Shown here one piece after another: positions 23,862 through 34,636 of a stretch of DNA of 55,247 nt. The position numbers and the translations under genes were made by a program. The notes beneath the pieces were generated by a model that saw only the letters and a program-made list of their open reading frames with translations, did no database searches and was not told where the DNA came from. Origin of the DNA: Candidatus Woesebacteria bacterium (GTDB taxonomy: Bacteria; Patescibacteriota; Microgenomatia; Woykebacterales; 2-01-FULL-43-14); NCBI GenBank assembly GCA_020060105.1, contig JAGVAV010000031.1, forward strand, positions 1-55,247, given 5' to 3'. Numbering within the stretch: position 1 is the first letter of the stretch; each line of letters opens with the position of its first letter.

Positions 23862-26800
23862 GTGGAAATCGGCAGTAACACCAACGTCAAAGGAACGGTG
23901 ACCAAGGCGGATGGAACCACGCCGATTCCTTTTGTTAATGTCTACATCTATAATAGTAACTGGACAAGCTATTACTACACCTACACGGATAAAAACGGAA
24001 ATTATGGTTTTGGTGACATCCCGGCCGGCAGTTATACCTTCTCCGTCTACTCGCCTCCTGCAACCAACGGAGAAAACTACTATCCCCCGGCTAACTCCAC
24101 CATCACCGTGGAAAGCTCTGGGGCAACCACGAAAAACATAAGTTTCTTGGCGGCCACTAAAACCCTCACCGGCCAAATTACCCGAACTTCCACCACCGGG
24201 GCGACAATCGCCGTTACCGACGCCAACGTTTGGGTCTCCAAGATTGGCGGTAATGGCTGGGCGAACGCTAACACCGACTCTTCAGGCAATTACTCCCTGA
24301 CTTTAACGGGAGGTTCCTGGTATATCGGCGTTAACCCCACTACCTGGCCTTCAGATTGGACTTACACTTATTCCAGTGAAACCATTTCTTTCGCGGACGA
24401 CACCACCACGGAAAGTAAAACTAAAAATTACACCGTGGAATCTCTTAACTCTACGGTCAACGGAAGTATTAAAAAGCCTGACGGATCTACCCCGGCTCAG
24501 TATTCCGTTGGTCTGAACTTATCCAACACCAAAAATCAATGGTATTACGCTTCGGTGGACGCTTCGGGCAATTTCACCGTCAAGGTCACCGCCGGAACCT
24601 ACTCCGTCAGTGGTTGGGTCACCGACTCAAATTACTCTTTTCCCAAGGTCGCAACTTTCACGGTTAATGAGAGTGAAACCAAAACTCTCGAGACCATCAC
24701 TTTGGTTGAAAAATCCGACACTATCTCGGGAACGATCTTGGATAATTTCGGCTCGCCGGTGGCCGGAGCTTCGATCAATGGCTGGAAAAGCAACGGCAGC
24801 TGGGACTGGTCAAGTGCCACCACCGATACGAACGGAAATTACACTCTAAAAGTCACTCCCGGCACTTGGCAAGTGAACGCTTGGCCTCAATGGGATTCAG
24901 GTTATGTTTACTCAGGACAGCCAGTCTCCGTCAGCGTCACTTCCGGAGTCACCGCGACTAAAAACTTTACTTTCCAAAAAGCCACCGTCACCGTTAATGG
25001 CACGGTCACTGATCCGGACGGTAACGTGCTCACTACTCTCTATGCCTGGGCCTCAGCCAACGACGGCTCCCAGCAGTGGAGCAATGTTGGGGCTTCGGTT
25101 AACAACGGAAAATTCACCATGAAAATTCCCGCCGGAACTTGGGATATTAGCGTCTACATCTACGCCGCTGAATACGGCAGCCCAGATCCAAAGAGCATCA
25201 CCGTCGTTGATAATGAAACGGTCTCCGTCACTCTTGCCGCGGTTAAGTACGACGCCACGATCAGCGGCACGGTTTACGATGAATCAAACAATCCAGTCAC
25301 TAGCACTTGGATGAGCATCTACGCCACTAAAGGTAAATACGGCGCTTGGCAGTCGGCTAACTTTGATCAAGCCAATGGAACTTATTCAATCAAAGTTTCG
25401 GCCGGAACTTGGAAGTTAGGCTGGTGGGTTGATCCCAACTTGGGCTACAGCTCAGGAACCGGCCAAGACACTGAGGTTACCGTCGCTTCCGGAGAAACTA
25501 AAACTCACAATATTACCCTTAAAAAAGCGGATTCTACCATCAGCGGAACCGCAAAAAATTCAGAAGGCGGGGCGGTGGCTTGGGCTTGGGTTAACGCCGA
25601 TTCGCGAGACCCGAACGAAAAAGTTTCGGCTGACACCTACTATTATAGTAACGGTACTTCCAGCGCGAGCACCGGAGAATACACCCTCAAGGTTCCGGCC
25701 GGAACCTACTGGGTTGGGGCAAACATGTGGCCCGGGTCTGGCTATATCAATCCAAAACGAGAAAAAGTCAGCGTCGACGCCAATAATCCGGCCACGGTTA
25801 ACCTAGTTTTCCGCAAGGCTGACGCCAGCATAACCGGTAAGGTCACCTTAGACGGCACTGGGACAAGCGCTTTTATCAGCGCCTATAGTGAAGACGGCGG
25901 ATACGCCGAAACCAATTCTAGCAACGCTGGTGAGTACACTCTTTCCGTTTCCAGTGAAACCAAGTGGCATCTGAAAGCGATCAAACAAGTCGATAAAGAC
26001 ATTTATAAATCCAGCGAGGCAATCGTCGATCTGACCCAGGCCACTACAGGCAGTCAGGATTTGGTTCTGGCCAAAAAGAGCTATTCCTTACCCGACGCCG
26101 TCACCGTTACCTTTGACGCGACAAAACAACAAACGATCAAGCTTGACGATGAAACGACTATCAACATCCCAGCCAACACCGCCACCTCTTCCGGAAACGT
26201 GACCCTAACCGCTCAACCTGAAGCCAATCTGGCCGAAGAAGCCGACGCCAAACCCGTTTCATACGGCTACGATCTTAACATCGTCGATTCCAACGGGAAG
26301 GAAATTACCGAATTTACCGGTAACGTCACCATCGAGGTTAAATACGAAGACGAATGGATTACCGACAGTGGTTTAATTGACGAGAAAGAGCTAAAAGCCG
26401 CTTACTATGACGAATCAGCTGGAACCTGGATAGAGCTGGGCAGCGTGACGGTCAATGAAACGGAAAAAACAGTCACCTTCCAAACTGACCACTTCACAAA
26501 ATTTGCCGTAGTCGGAGCGGCCGATACCACCCCGCCCGCCGCGCCCACTAACCAAGCCGCGAGTGCCGGGGACAGTAAGGTAAGCTTAAGTTGGACCAAT
26601 CCAACTGACGCGGACCTTAACGGAATCAATATTTATCGCTCAACCACTTCTGGAGTCCTGGGAACGCGAGTTCATAGCAGCGTCACGGGGACTAGTAAAG
26701 ACGATACGGACCTAACTAACGGGACAGCTTACTATTACACCTTAAGAGCGGTGGATAAATCAAACAATGAGTCTACCAACACCACTCAAATCTCCGCCAC

Positions 26801-26966
26801 TCCTTCAGCGGCCGCTTCTACAACAACTACTACCACTACAACTACAAGTACAAGTAGCAGTAATCTTCCCGAAACCGGCCGAGAAACAATTTCGCTAGTA
26901 ACTATTTTAACGCTCCTTATTATCAGTTTCTTATACTTAACCTTTCCCCACCGGCGTTTTTCCTAA
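23862..26966 (+). CDS. Large surface protein with carboxypeptidase-regulatory-like repeats, FN3 and a Thr-rich stalk, ending in an LPETG sorting signal (C-terminal part of the split gene)
   Basis: Many repeats of the form G(T/S)(V/I)xDxxGNPV...V...tdxxGnYtl. Also FN3 (VSLSWTNPTDADLNGINIYR), a poly-Thr stalk, LPETG (26865-26879), a TM helix and an HRRFS tail. This frame is open from 23748. Confidence 0.75.
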   Translation: MEIGSNTNVKGTVTKADGTTPIPFVNVYIYNSNWTSYYYTYTDKNGNYGFGDIPAGSYTFSVYSPPATNGENYYPPANSTITVESSGATTKNISFLAATKTLTGQITRTSTTGATIAVTDANVWVSKIGGNGWANANTDSSGNYSLTLTGGSWYIGVNPTTWPSDWTYTYSSETISFADDTTTESKTKNYTVESLNSTVNGSIKKPDGSTPAQYSVGLNLSNTKNQWYYASVDASGNFTVKVTAGTYSVSGWVTDSNYSFPKVATFTVNESETKTLETITLVEKSDTISGTILDNFGSPVAGASINGWKSNGSWDWSSATTDTNGNYTLKVTPGTWQVNAWPQWDSGYVYSGQPVSVSVTSGVTATKNFTFQKATVTVNGTVTDPDGNVLTTLYAWASANDGSQQWSNVGASVNNGKFTMKIPAGTWDISVYIYAAEYGSPDPKSITVVDNETVSVTLAAVKYDATISGTVYDESNNPVTSTWMSIYATKGKYGAWQSANFDQANGTYSIKVSAGTWKLGWWVDPNLGYSSGTGQDTEVTVASGETKTHNITLKKADSTISGTAKNSEGGAVAWAWVNADSRDPNEKVSADTYYYSNGTSSASTGEYTLKVPAGTYWVGANMWPGSGYINPKREKVSVDANNPATVNLVFRKADASITGKVTLDGTGTSAFISAYSEDGGYAETNSSNAGEYTLSVSSETKWHLKAIKQVDKDIYKSSEAIVDLTQATTGSQDLVLAKKSYSLPDAVTVTFDATKQQTIKLDDETTINIPANTATSSGNVTLTAQPEANLAEEADAKPVSYGYDLNIVDSNGKEITEFTGNVTIEVKYEDEWITDSGLIDEKELKAAYYDESAGTWIELGSVTVNETEKTVTFQTDHFTKFAVVGAADTTPPAAPTNQAASAGDSKVSLSWTNPTDADLNGINIYRSTTSGVLGTRVHSSVTGTSKDDTDLTNGTAYYYTLRAVDKSNNESTNTTQISATPSAAASTTTTTTTTTSTSSSNLPETGRETISLVTILTLLIISFLYLTFPHRRFS

Positions 26967-27017
26967 AATTTGCCAATTTAAGTTAAATGAGAGTATAGTA
27001 TCACTGTGAGGTAAAAT

Positions 27018-27728
27018 ATGCTCTCTCAAGAAAAACTTCCCAAACATCTTGTCTTAATTCCAGACGGCAATCGCCGCTGGGCTAAAGTAAAAGGATTGGC
27101 TCCCTGGGAAGGACACCGCCGAGGAATTCACATATTTTACGGCCTTTCTGCGGCGGCTTTTCGCTTTGGAATCCCTTACGTGACTCTTTGGGCCGCCTCG
27201 GAAGACAATCTGACGAAAAGAGATCCGGTCGAAGTTAAATTTCTGCTTACCTTTATCAAAAACTACCTTAGGGAAGAATTGAAAACCAAAAGATTTATTA
27301 AAGAAGAAATTAGTCTCCAAGTCCTGGGCCGCTGGGGGGAAATTCTTAAGGATCCTGAACTTAATCATCTTATTGATCAATTAGCGGATCAGACAAAATC
27401 TTTTACCAAACACCACCTGACAATTCTTTTGGCCTACGACGGAAAAAGGGAAATGCTGGAGGCGATTAAAAAGATTTGCTCTGAAAAAAGTCCTGACGAG
27501 ATTAATTACCAAACCGTCAAAGAAAGGCTTTGGACTGGTGGCCTCCCAGCCGTGGATTTTGTCGTTCGAACCGGAGGCGAGCCTCATTGGTCAGCCGGAC
27601 TGATGATGTGGTTAACCACTGATAGCCAATTTTACTTTACCCCCACCTTCTGGCCAGACTTTGACCAAAAAGAACTCCAAAGAGCTCTTCTTGATTATTC
27701 TCAAAGAGAACGTCGGCTGGGAAAGTGA
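27018..27728 (+). CDS. uppS: Undecaprenyl-diphosphate synthase (cis-prenyltransferase)
   Basis: LIPDGNRRWAK, the FS/SxEN region (LWAASEDNLTKR) and a VRTGGE motif. Confidence 0.85.
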   Translation: MLSQEKLPKHLVLIPDGNRRWAKVKGLAPWEGHRRGIHIFYGLSAAAFRFGIPYVTLWAASEDNLTKRDPVEVKFLLTFIKNYLREELKTKRFIKEEISLQVLGRWGEILKDPELNHLIDQLADQTKSFTKHHLTILLAYDGKREMLEAIKKICSEKSPDEINYQTVKERLWTGGLPAVDFVVRTGGEPHWSAGLMMWLTTDSQFYFTPTFWPDFDQKELQRALLDYSQRERRLGK

Positions 27729-27765
27729 AACCTCAAACTTAAAATGTTGATAGGAAAAACGAAAA

Positions 27766-28227
27766 TTATCGTTTTGGCGATTGTTTGCGCTTTCTCGCCT
27801 TACCGGCTAAGCCGTACTTGCGGCGTTCCTTCATCCGAGAATCTCGGGTCAACAGCCCGGCTTGGGAAAGTGGAGGCCGGAGAGCCGCATCGTAGTTGAC
27901 TAAAGCATTAGCAATTCCGTGAGCCACCGCTTCTAATTGCGCTTCTGGCCCACCACCGGACACTTTGATTGATCCGCCAAAACGATCTAAACGATCCGCC
28001 ACTCTGAAAGGCTCATCGTAAGCTTTTTTGGCTGTCTGGTTCGGGAAATACTGATTGATCGGCTTTTCGTTAACCGTGATATCTCCCTTGTTTAAATATA
28101 ATCTAACTCGGGCCACTGCCGTTTTTCGACGGCCTGTCCCCTCATACCACTCCTTTTTCTCTGGAGTAGGCTCTTGAGCTTTAACTTTTTCTTCTTCAAC
28201 TACCTTGCTTTCTGTCTTTCTTGGCAT
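27766..28227 (-). CDS. rpsI: 30S ribosomal protein S9 (N-terminal extension)
   Basis: GRRKTAVARVRL and a C-terminal ...KYGLAGKARKRKQSPKR. Confidence 0.93.
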   Translation of the reverse strand: MPRKTESKVVEEEKVKAQEPTPEKKEWYEGTGRRKTAVARVRLYLNKGDITVNEKPINQYFPNQTAKKAYDEPFRVADRLDRFGGSIKVSGGGPEAQLEAVAHGIANALVNYDAALRPPLSQAGLLTRDSRMKERRKYGLAGKARKRKQSPKR

Positions 28228-28237
28228 AACTTTTCCT

Positions 28238-28675
28238 TTAAATTTCCAGCTTTTCCGGTTTCTGGGCCTCGTGAGGATGCTTCTCCCCAGAATAAATATG
28301 TAATTTCTTAATCATCTCACGCCCCAAACGAGTGTGAGGAATCATCCCCCAAACCGCGCGGTAAACTATCTCTTCCGGTTTTTCTTCTCGAAGTTTTTCT
28401 AAATTAACCGATTTTAAACCACTGGGATAACCGCTGTAGTGATAATAAACTTTGTTTTTTTCTTTTCGCCCGGTAACACCTACTTTTGAGGCATTAATCA
28501 CCACCACATAATCGCCACAATCAATGTTCGGGCAATAACTCGCCTTTCCCTTGCCCATCAAAACAGTGGCTAATTTAGAAGCCAGCCTCCCCAAGACTTG
28601 ATCTTTAGCGTCGACTAAAAACCACTGACGCTTCGCTTCCTTTACTTTTTCCATTTTCGTTGTCTTCGTCAACAT
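28238..28675 (-). CDS. rplM: 50S ribosomal protein L13
   Basis: WFLVDAKDQVLGRLASKLATVLMGK is a typical L13 N terminus. Confidence 0.93.
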   Translation of the reverse strand: MLTKTTKMEKVKEAKRQWFLVDAKDQVLGRLASKLATVLMGKGKASYCPNIDCGDYVVVINASKVGVTGRKEKNKVYYHYSGYPSGLKSVNLEKLREEKPEEIVYRAVWGMIPHTRLGREMIKKLHIYSGEKHPHEAQKPEKLEI

Positions 28676-28699
28676 AAATTTTTTCCAACAATTAAAACC

Positions 28700-29158
28700 T
28701 TATTCTCCCTTCGACGGCTTGCTTTTGGTGACTTTTCTCACCGTTATTTTCCCTTTTTTCGGCTTTTCCTCTTTCGCTTTCTCGGGTGACTTTACCTGAG
28801 AAACGTCTTCAACAAACTCCAAGCGAACCATCGGGGCCGCGTCGCCTAAACGGGGTCCTAGCTTAGTGAGTCGGGTGTAACCCCCCGGCCTTTCCTTAAA
28901 CTTTGGCCCGATCAAATCCATCATTTTCCGAACCGCAATCTCTGTCGGAAGGAAAGCCGCAATCTGACGACGAGCGTGTAAAGAGCCTCCTTTGGCTTTG
29001 GTAACTAGTCTTTCAACGGTCCCCCGAACGGCCTTTGCCTTGGCCTCCGTTGTCTCAATTTTTTCGTGGATGACCATTGAATTAGCCAAATTTCTCATTA
29101 AGGCTTTTCGATGTTTAGTATCCCGACTTAACTTTTTACCTCCGACTCGATGTCTCAT
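28700..29158 (-). CDS. rplQ: 50S ribosomal protein L17 (Lys-rich C-terminal extension)
   Basis: MRHRVGGKKLSRDTKHRKALMRNLANSMVIHEKIETT. Confidence 0.93.
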   Translation of the reverse strand: MRHRVGGKKLSRDTKHRKALMRNLANSMVIHEKIETTEAKAKAVRGTVERLVTKAKGGSLHARRQIAAFLPTEIAVRKMMDLIGPKFKERPGGYTRLTKLGPRLGDAAPMVRLEFVEDVSQVKSPEKAKEEKPKKGKITVRKVTKSKPSKGE

Positions 29159-29161
29159 AAC

Positions 29162-30091
29162 TTATCTTCCTTCCGGGCTAATTCCTTTTTCTTCTAATTT
29201 ACTCTCAATATCCGCCAGGGACTTTGCTCCTAAATTTTTTAGTTTCAACAAATCTCCCCGAGGAGTTTTTAGCAAACTCCCAACCGTGTTAATTCCCGCG
29301 GACTTTAAAGAGTTGGTCACTCTGGTCGGCAGTTCCAATTCCTCAATCAAGGCGTTCTTATCCATTTTTGACGGCCTTGCCACTTCCGGAGCTGCCTCTT
29401 CCTCTATCTTCCGCGGCTCCACAAATAAACTGAAGTAATCCATTAAGATTTTTGCCGCTTCTTTCACTGAATCCATCGGGCTGATTGTCCCGTCTGTAGT
29501 TAATTCAAAAGTTAGTTTATCATAATTAGTAATTTGCCCCACCCGAGTTGCTTCAACCTTATAATTTACCCTTCTTACCGGAGAAAAAACGGCATCCAGG
29601 GGGATGACCCCGATTGGCACGGACTTTCTATCCTCAACCGGAACGTAACCTGAACCCCTTTCGGCGGTCATTTCAATCTCTAGCTTTGTCTTCGCGTCTG
29701 CCAAACCGGCTAGAGGAAAATCCGGATTGATAACTTCGACTCCAGCGGGTAATCTAAGATCGCCCGCTTTAACTTCCTTTGGTCCTTTTTCCTCAAGATA
29801 TATTTTGACAGGCTTATCAGAGTCAATCCTCAAGCGGACGTTTTTCAGGTTAAGGAGTATCTGAACCACGTCCTCTTTTACCCCTTTTATGGTGCTAAAT
29901 TCGTGGGGAACACCTCTAAAAAGCACTTGAGTTATCGCCGCCCCTGGTAAAGAGGAAAGTAAAATTCTCCTCAAAGCGTTTCCTAAGGTCAGACCATACC
30001 CTTGGGGAAGCGGCTCAACGGCAATAATTCCGTAACCTCCCTCTTCCTTAACCGGTGTAACTTTAATTTGTTCTAGCATAAAAACCCCCAA
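29162..30091 (-). CDS. rpoA: DNA-directed RNA polymerase alpha subunit
   Basis: LEPLPQGYGLTLGNALRRILLSSLPGAA in the N-terminal domain, a C-terminal domain with LELPTRVTNSLK, and the operon position after rpsD. Confidence 0.93.
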   Translation of the reverse strand: MGVFMLEQIKVTPVKEEGGYGIIAVEPLPQGYGLTLGNALRRILLSSLPGAAITQVLFRGVPHEFSTIKGVKEDVVQILLNLKNVRLRIDSDKPVKIYLEEKGPKEVKAGDLRLPAGVEVINPDFPLAGLADAKTKLEIEMTAERGSGYVPVEDRKSVPIGVIPLDAVFSPVRRVNYKVEATRVGQITNYDKLTFELTTDGTISPMDSVKEAAKILMDYFSLFVEPRKIEEEAAPEVARPSKMDKNALIEELELPTRVTNSLKSAGINTVGSLLKTPRGDLLKLKNLGAKSLADIESKLEEKGISPEGR

Positions 30092-30101
30092 TTTTTAAGT
30101 C

Positions 30102-30728
30102 TTATCGAGAATAAAACTCGACGATAAGCTGCTCATCAATATCAGCGCCAATATCTTCACGCGCCGGCATCTTACTAACCCTTCCAGAGAGACCTTTCCT
30201 CTCCAACCAAGAGGGAATTTGGTCCTCTTTAACCTCTTTCAGGCTTTCTTTTACTAAACCAAATTCACTTGCTTTAGGAGAAAGCGAAACTACATCCCCA
30301 ATCTTCACCTGATAAGAAGGAATATTAACCTTTTTTCCATTAACCAAAACATGTTGGTGGCTAACTAACTGGCGCGCTTGAGATCGGGAAGCGGCCAAGC
30401 CCAAACGATAAACAACGTTATCCAGCCTTGTCTCAAGAATCCGAAGTAAATTTTCTCCGGTGGCGCCTTTCCGCGAGGCTTCCTGAAAGTATCGCCGAAA
30501 CTGCCGCTCTAAAACCCCGTAAATTCTTCTTACTTTCTGCTTTTCTCTCAGCTGCAGCCCGTAGTCAGACACCTTCCTTTTAATTCCTTTTGCCCCGTGC
30601 TGCCCTGGAGGAACGGCTCCTTTTTTGGCGAGAGGATGTTTTGGGCCTAAACTCCTTGTCCCTTTCAAAAATAAGTTGACGCCTTCTCTTCGATCTAATC
30701 TAAATTTTGGACCAATGTATCTTGCCAT
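30102..30728 (-). CDS. rpsD: 30S ribosomal protein S4
   Basis: MARYIGPKFRLDRREGVNL, followed by an S4 RNA-binding domain. Confidence 0.95.
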   Translation of the reverse strand: MARYIGPKFRLDRREGVNLFLKGTRSLGPKHPLAKKGAVPPGQHGAKGIKRKVSDYGLQLREKQKVRRIYGVLERQFRRYFQEASRKGATGENLLRILETRLDNVVYRLGLAASRSQARQLVSHQHVLVNGKKVNIPSYQVKIGDVVSLSPKASEFGLVKESLKEVKEDQIPSWLERKGLSGRVSKMPAREDIGADIDEQLIVEFYSR

Positions 30729-30746
30729 ACTACCTCTTTAAAAATT

Positions 30747-31130
30747 TTAAACCCTTCTCTTTTTTCTTGGCCGGCAACCATTATGGGGTATTGGGGTAAC
30801 ATCGGCAATGGCGCTGATCTCCAAACCAGCGCTTTTTAAAGCCCGAATTGCCGCATCCCGGCCGGCTCCCGGCCCTTTCACGTAAACCTCCACTTGCTTT
30901 AAACCAGCCTCCATAGCTTTTCTAGCCACATCCGTTACCGCCGTCGTTGCCGCATAGGGAGTGGATTTACGAGCTCCTTTAAAGCCGCTACTTCCCGCGC
31001 TTCCCCAGGCCACCGCATTGCCTTCTGGGTCAGTAATCGTTACCAAGGTATTGTTAAAAGTGGCTGTGACATAGACTTTGCCAAATTTTATTTCTCTAAT
31101 AACTTTTTTCTTTTTAGTTTCTAACGCCAT
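30747..31130 (-). CDS. rpsK: 30S ribosomal protein S11
   Basis: [38 protein letters not shown]. Confidence 0.95.
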   Translation of the reverse strand: MALETKKKKVIREIKFGKVYVTATFNNTLVTITDPEGNAVAWGSAGSSGFKGARKSTPYAATTAVTDVARKAMEAGLKQVEVYVKGPGAGRDAAIRALKSAGLEISAIADVTPIPHNGCRPRKKRRV

Positions 31131-31149
31131 AATAATAATTCCTAAATTT

Positions 31150-31575
31150 TTACTTAGACTTTGCGGCAGTCGCCTTAGTTTTCTCCGCTGCTTGCTGTTT
31201 CATCAAAACCTCTTTCTTCACCGCCCCAACCGTCATTCTTTTTCCTCTCTTAGTTCGAGAATTACTCCTTGTCCTTTGACCTCTGACCGGCAAACCCCGA
31301 CGGTGCCTTAAGCCTCGATAAGTCCCAACCTCTTCCAAACGTTTAATGTTTTGGACCACTAATCGGCGCAAGTCTCCTTCAACAAGCAGTGACTCCACGA
31401 CTTTTTGAAGTCTTCCAACTTCCTCTTCCGTCAAATTTTTAACTCTTTTATCCGGATCAATTTTTGCTTGGACGACAACCTTTTTGGCCAGCGTGTTACC
31501 GACCCCATAAAGGTAGGGTAGAGCAAAAAGGATTTTCTTTTCTTTTGGTAATTCTATTCCAGCGATTCGAGCCAT
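31150..31575 (-). CDS. rpsM: 30S ribosomal protein S13
   Basis: [26 protein letters not shown]...[18 protein letters not shown]. Confidence 0.95.
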   Translation of the reverse strand: MARIAGIELPKEKKILFALPYLYGVGNTLAKKVVVQAKIDPDKRVKNLTEEEVGRLQKVVESLLVEGDLRRLVVQNIKRLEEVGTYRGLRHRRGLPVRGQRTRSNSRTKRGKRMTVGAVKKEVLMKQQAAEKTKATAAKSK

Positions 31576-31598
31576 ATATTAAACAAACCTTTCCACGA

Positions 31599-31712
31599 CT
31601 ATCCTTGGCGCTGCTTATGCCGGGGATTCTCGCAAATCACTCTTAAAACCCCCTCGCGCCTAACGACCTTACACTTTCGACACCTTTTTTTCACAGAAGC
31701 CTGAACTTTCAT
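31599..31712 (-). CDS. rpmJ: 50S ribosomal protein L36
   Basis: Not in the ORF track because it is too short. Manual translation gives [37 protein letters not shown] (37 aa), lying between infA and rpsM as expected. Confidence 0.88.
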   Translation of the reverse strand: MKVQASVKKRCRKCKVVRREGVLRVICENPRHKQRQG

Positions 31713-31733
31713 AATCTTTCTCTAAGTCTTATT

Positions 31734-31952
31734 TTACTTATACCGATAGACAATTCTTCCTTTAGTCAAGTCATACGGGCTCATTTCCACTTTGACCTTA
31801 TCCCCTGGAAGAATTCGGATGTAGTGCATCCGCATCTTTCCGGAAATGTGAGCAAGAATTATCCTTCCTTCTCCAACCTCAACCTTAAAAAGAGCGTTCG
31901 GTAAAGATTCGACGACTTTTCCTTCAGTTTCAATAATTCCTTCTTTGACCAT
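31734..31952 (-). CDS. infA: Translation initiation factor IF-1
   Basis: [26 protein letters not shown]...[33 protein letters not shown]. The ATG at 31952 is preferred over the upstream TTG at 31994. Confidence 0.92.
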   Translation of the reverse strand: MVKEGIIETEGKVVESLPNALFKVEVGEGRIILAHISGKMRMHYIRILPGDKVKVEMSPYDLTKGRIVYRYK

Positions 31953-32015
31953 ATAAACAAACTTTCCAACACTATTTATGGCTTGGTTAGCCAACCCGAA
32001 TATTTTACAAAAAAA

Positions 32016-32765
32016 CTAGGTTGAAGTCAATATCAAAGGACCTACCTTTGTTACCGCCACGCTGTGCTCAAAAAGACCAGAAATCTGCCCATCTGAGGTA
32101 ACAATTGTCCAACCATCAGGTAAAATTTTTACTTGATGGCTTCCTTTATTATAAATCACTTCAATCGCCAAAGTCATTCCCTCTACTAAGGCTAAACCAG
32201 TCTTAGGCTCTCCTCGACCGGGAACTTGAGGGCTCTCATGAAGCCGCCGCCCCACCCCGTGGCCAACCAGCTCTCTAACCACAGAGTAACCTGCCCCTTC
32301 AATAGTTTTTTGGATTGCCCAGGAAATATCTCCGATATGATTACCAAGCTTGGCTTCGGCAATGGCTTTTTCCAAGGCCTCCCGACCCACCGCGAGAAAC
32401 TTCTTTTTTTCTTCAGAAATTTCCCGACCAACTAACAAGCTAACTGCCGTGTCAGCATGGAAACCTTGGTAATAAACCCCTAAGTCAATTCCTAACAAAT
32501 CCCCCTCTTTAAGAGAATATCCGCTCGGCAATCCATGAACCACTTGTTCATTAACCGTTAGGCAAGTGGCGTATCTGTATCCTGGAACCATTTTAAAAGA
32601 CGGCTTCGCTCCAAAACTTCCGATAAGTTTCTCCGCTAGCTGATCCAAAGCCAGCGTTTTCGTTCCCGGAGCAGCACTCTCCACTAACCGCTTCATTACC
32701 AAAGCGGCGATCCTTCCACTTTCTTTCATTTTTTGAATTTCTTCAAGGCTCTTTCGTACCAGCAC
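32016..32765 (-). CDS. map: Methionine aminopeptidase, type I
   Basis: Conserved metal-ligand pattern (VVHGLP, DLGV, GHGVG, LAIE, FEHS) and the operon position after adk. Confidence 0.92.
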   Translation of the reverse strand: MLVRKSLEEIQKMKESGRIAALVMKRLVESAAPGTKTLALDQLAEKLIGSFGAKPSFKMVPGYRYATCLTVNEQVVHGLPSGYSLKEGDLLGIDLGVYYQGFHADTAVSLLVGREISEEKKKFLAVGREALEKAIAEAKLGNHIGDISWAIQKTIEGAGYSVVRELVGHGVGRRLHESPQVPGRGEPKTGLALVEGMTLAIEVIYNKGSHQVKILPDGWTIVTSDGQISGLFEHSVAVTKVGPLILTST

Positions 32766-32774
32766 GGCTCTTCC

Positions 32775-33332
32775 CTACCTTAAGCCTAAATTTCTAATAA
32801 TCTCTTCTTGCACCTTCTCAACTGGAGGTAAATTACTGACTTCCATTAAAATATTGTTTTTCCGGTACTCTTCAATTAGATCTTTTGCCCCTTGGTGGTA
32901 GTTACTCAATCGCTCCCTAATTCTTTCTGGGGTATCGTCCGCACGCCCTCTGGCCATCAGCCTTTGAACCAAGATGTCTTCTGGCAACGTCAAATACACG
33001 ACTGCGTCAATCCTCTGGCCTCTTTTGGCTAGAAAAGACTCCAAAGCTTCTAATTGATTTAAAGTCCTTGGATATCCTTCTAAAACAAAACCCTTCTCAA
33101 CATCTAGCTGAGCTAATCGGGACAAAACAAACTCATTAGTTTCTTGATCCGGAACGTACTTTCCCTCCTTGATCACCCACTGCTCATAAATTAGACCCAC
33201 CCTCGATCCTTTTTGATATTCTTCCCGAAACATTCTCCCGGAAGAAACAAAAGGTAAATTTAATTTCTCCGCCAACATCCTGGCGTGAGTACTTTTCCCT
33301 GATCCCTCGGCTCCATAAAAGATGAGTCTCAT
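32775..33332 (-). CDS. adk: Adenylate kinase (short-lid form)
   Basis: P-loop [26 protein letters not shown] and [15 protein letters not shown]. Sits between secY and map. Confidence 0.85.
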   Translation of the reverse strand: MRLIFYGAEGSGKSTHARMLAEKLNLPFVSSGRMFREEYQKGSRVGLIYEQWVIKEGKYVPDQETNEFVLSRLAQLDVEKGFVLEGYPRTLNQLEALESFLAKRGQRIDAVVYLTLPEDILVQRLMARGRADDTPERIRERLSNYHQGAKDLIEEYRKNNILMEVSNLPPVEKVQEEIIRNLGLR

Positions 33333-34609
33333 TTTAAGAAACCCTCGTAGTTTCTCATAATCAGCATTGATCGTAGTTGTTTCATGGTCTCAAGGACAAC
33401 TGAAATAACGATAAGCATTCCTGTTCCGCCCAAGGCCAAAGTGCTTATTCCGGTAACATCTTTAGCAATAAAAGGTAAGACGGCCACTGAGCCTAGAAAA
33501 ACGGCCCCCGCTAGAGTCGTTCTGTTTAGAATATAACTTAAATAATCGGCCGTCGATCTTCCCGGTCTTATCCCGGGGATAAAGCCTCCGTACTTTTTTA
33601 TCTCGTCGGCAATCTTTTGAGGGTTGAAAGTCACAGCCGTATAAAAGTAAGTGAAAGCGATAACTAAAAGAAAATAAACTAAGCTGTAATAGACGGTATT
33701 ATTAAAAAAGGCTGAGACGGCCTGGGCCGTGCTAGCCACCCAGGGAGTGGTCGCGTTGGCAAAATAGGTCGCAATCATTCCCGGTAATAATATTATCGAA
33801 ACAGCAAAAATAATCGGAATTACTCCAGCTTGATTTACCCTTAAAGGCAGGTAAGTTGATTGTCCCCCATAAACTTTATTTCCTCTTACCCTTCGGGCAT
33901 ATTGAATTAAAATTCTTCGCTGGCCTTCATTGATAAAGACAATCGCCGTTAAAACCGCCAAACCTAAGACTAAGAAAAAAAGGATATTTAACGCGTTATC
34001 GGGATCAAAAACGGCGGCGGTTTGTCCAAAGGAAACCGGTAGACGACCAACGATTCCGGCGAAAATCAAAATGGAGATACCGTTTCCAATGCCCATCTCC
34101 GTTATCAACTCCCCAATCCACATCAAAAAAACTGTCCCGGCCATCATAGTTATCACTAAGGCGGCAAAGTTGAAGGGAGAAACGTCGGTTAACACCTGAA
34201 ACTGGCTCTGTTGAAGAAGGGTAATCATCCCAATAGATTGGACGGCGGCGAGAGGAACAGTCAGATAACGGGTATATTGGTTAATCTTTCTCCTTCCGTA
34301 CTCACCTTCTTTAGAGAGAGCCTCCAACTTAGGAAAAACCATCGTGAGTAGTTGCATAATAATCGAAGCATTAATATAAGGATTTAGCCCCAAAGCCACG
34401 ATGGAAAAGTTAAAAAGAGTTCCCCCGGAGAATAAATCTAACAAGCCTAAAATCTGATTTCCGCTAAAGAGTTTTCGTAGGCTCTCCGCATCTACTCCTG
34501 GAAGCGGAATATGAGCGGCCACTCTGAAAACAACGAGCATGGCCAAGGTAAAAAGGATCTTTTTTCTCAAATCTGGAGTTTTCCAGATATTAATCAAGGT
34601 TTGCCACAT
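33329..34609 (-). CDS. secY: Preprotein translocase subunit SecY
   Basis: 10-TM protein with [15 protein letters not shown] and [10 protein letters not shown] motifs. Confidence 0.95.
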   Translation of the reverse strand: MWQTLINIWKTPDLRKKILFTLAMLVVFRVAAHIPLPGVDAESLRKLFSGNQILGLLDLFSGGTLFNFSIVALGLNPYINASIIMQLLTMVFPKLEALSKEGEYGRRKINQYTRYLTVPLAAVQSIGMITLLQQSQFQVLTDVSPFNFAALVITMMAGTVFLMWIGELITEMGIGNGISILIFAGIVGRLPVSFGQTAAVFDPDNALNILFFLVLGLAVLTAIVFINEGQRRILIQYARRVRGNKVYGGQSTYLPLRVNQAGVIPIIFAVSIILLPGMIATYFANATTPWVASTAQAVSAFFNNTVYYSLVYFLLVIAFTYFYTAVTFNPQKIADEIKKYGGFIPGIRPGRSTADYLSYILNRTTLAGAVFLGSVAVLPFIAKDVTGISTLALGGTGMLIVISVVLETMKQLRSMLIMRNYEGFLK

Positions 34610-34636
34610 TATTCCTTCACTCCAATCCTCTCATCA

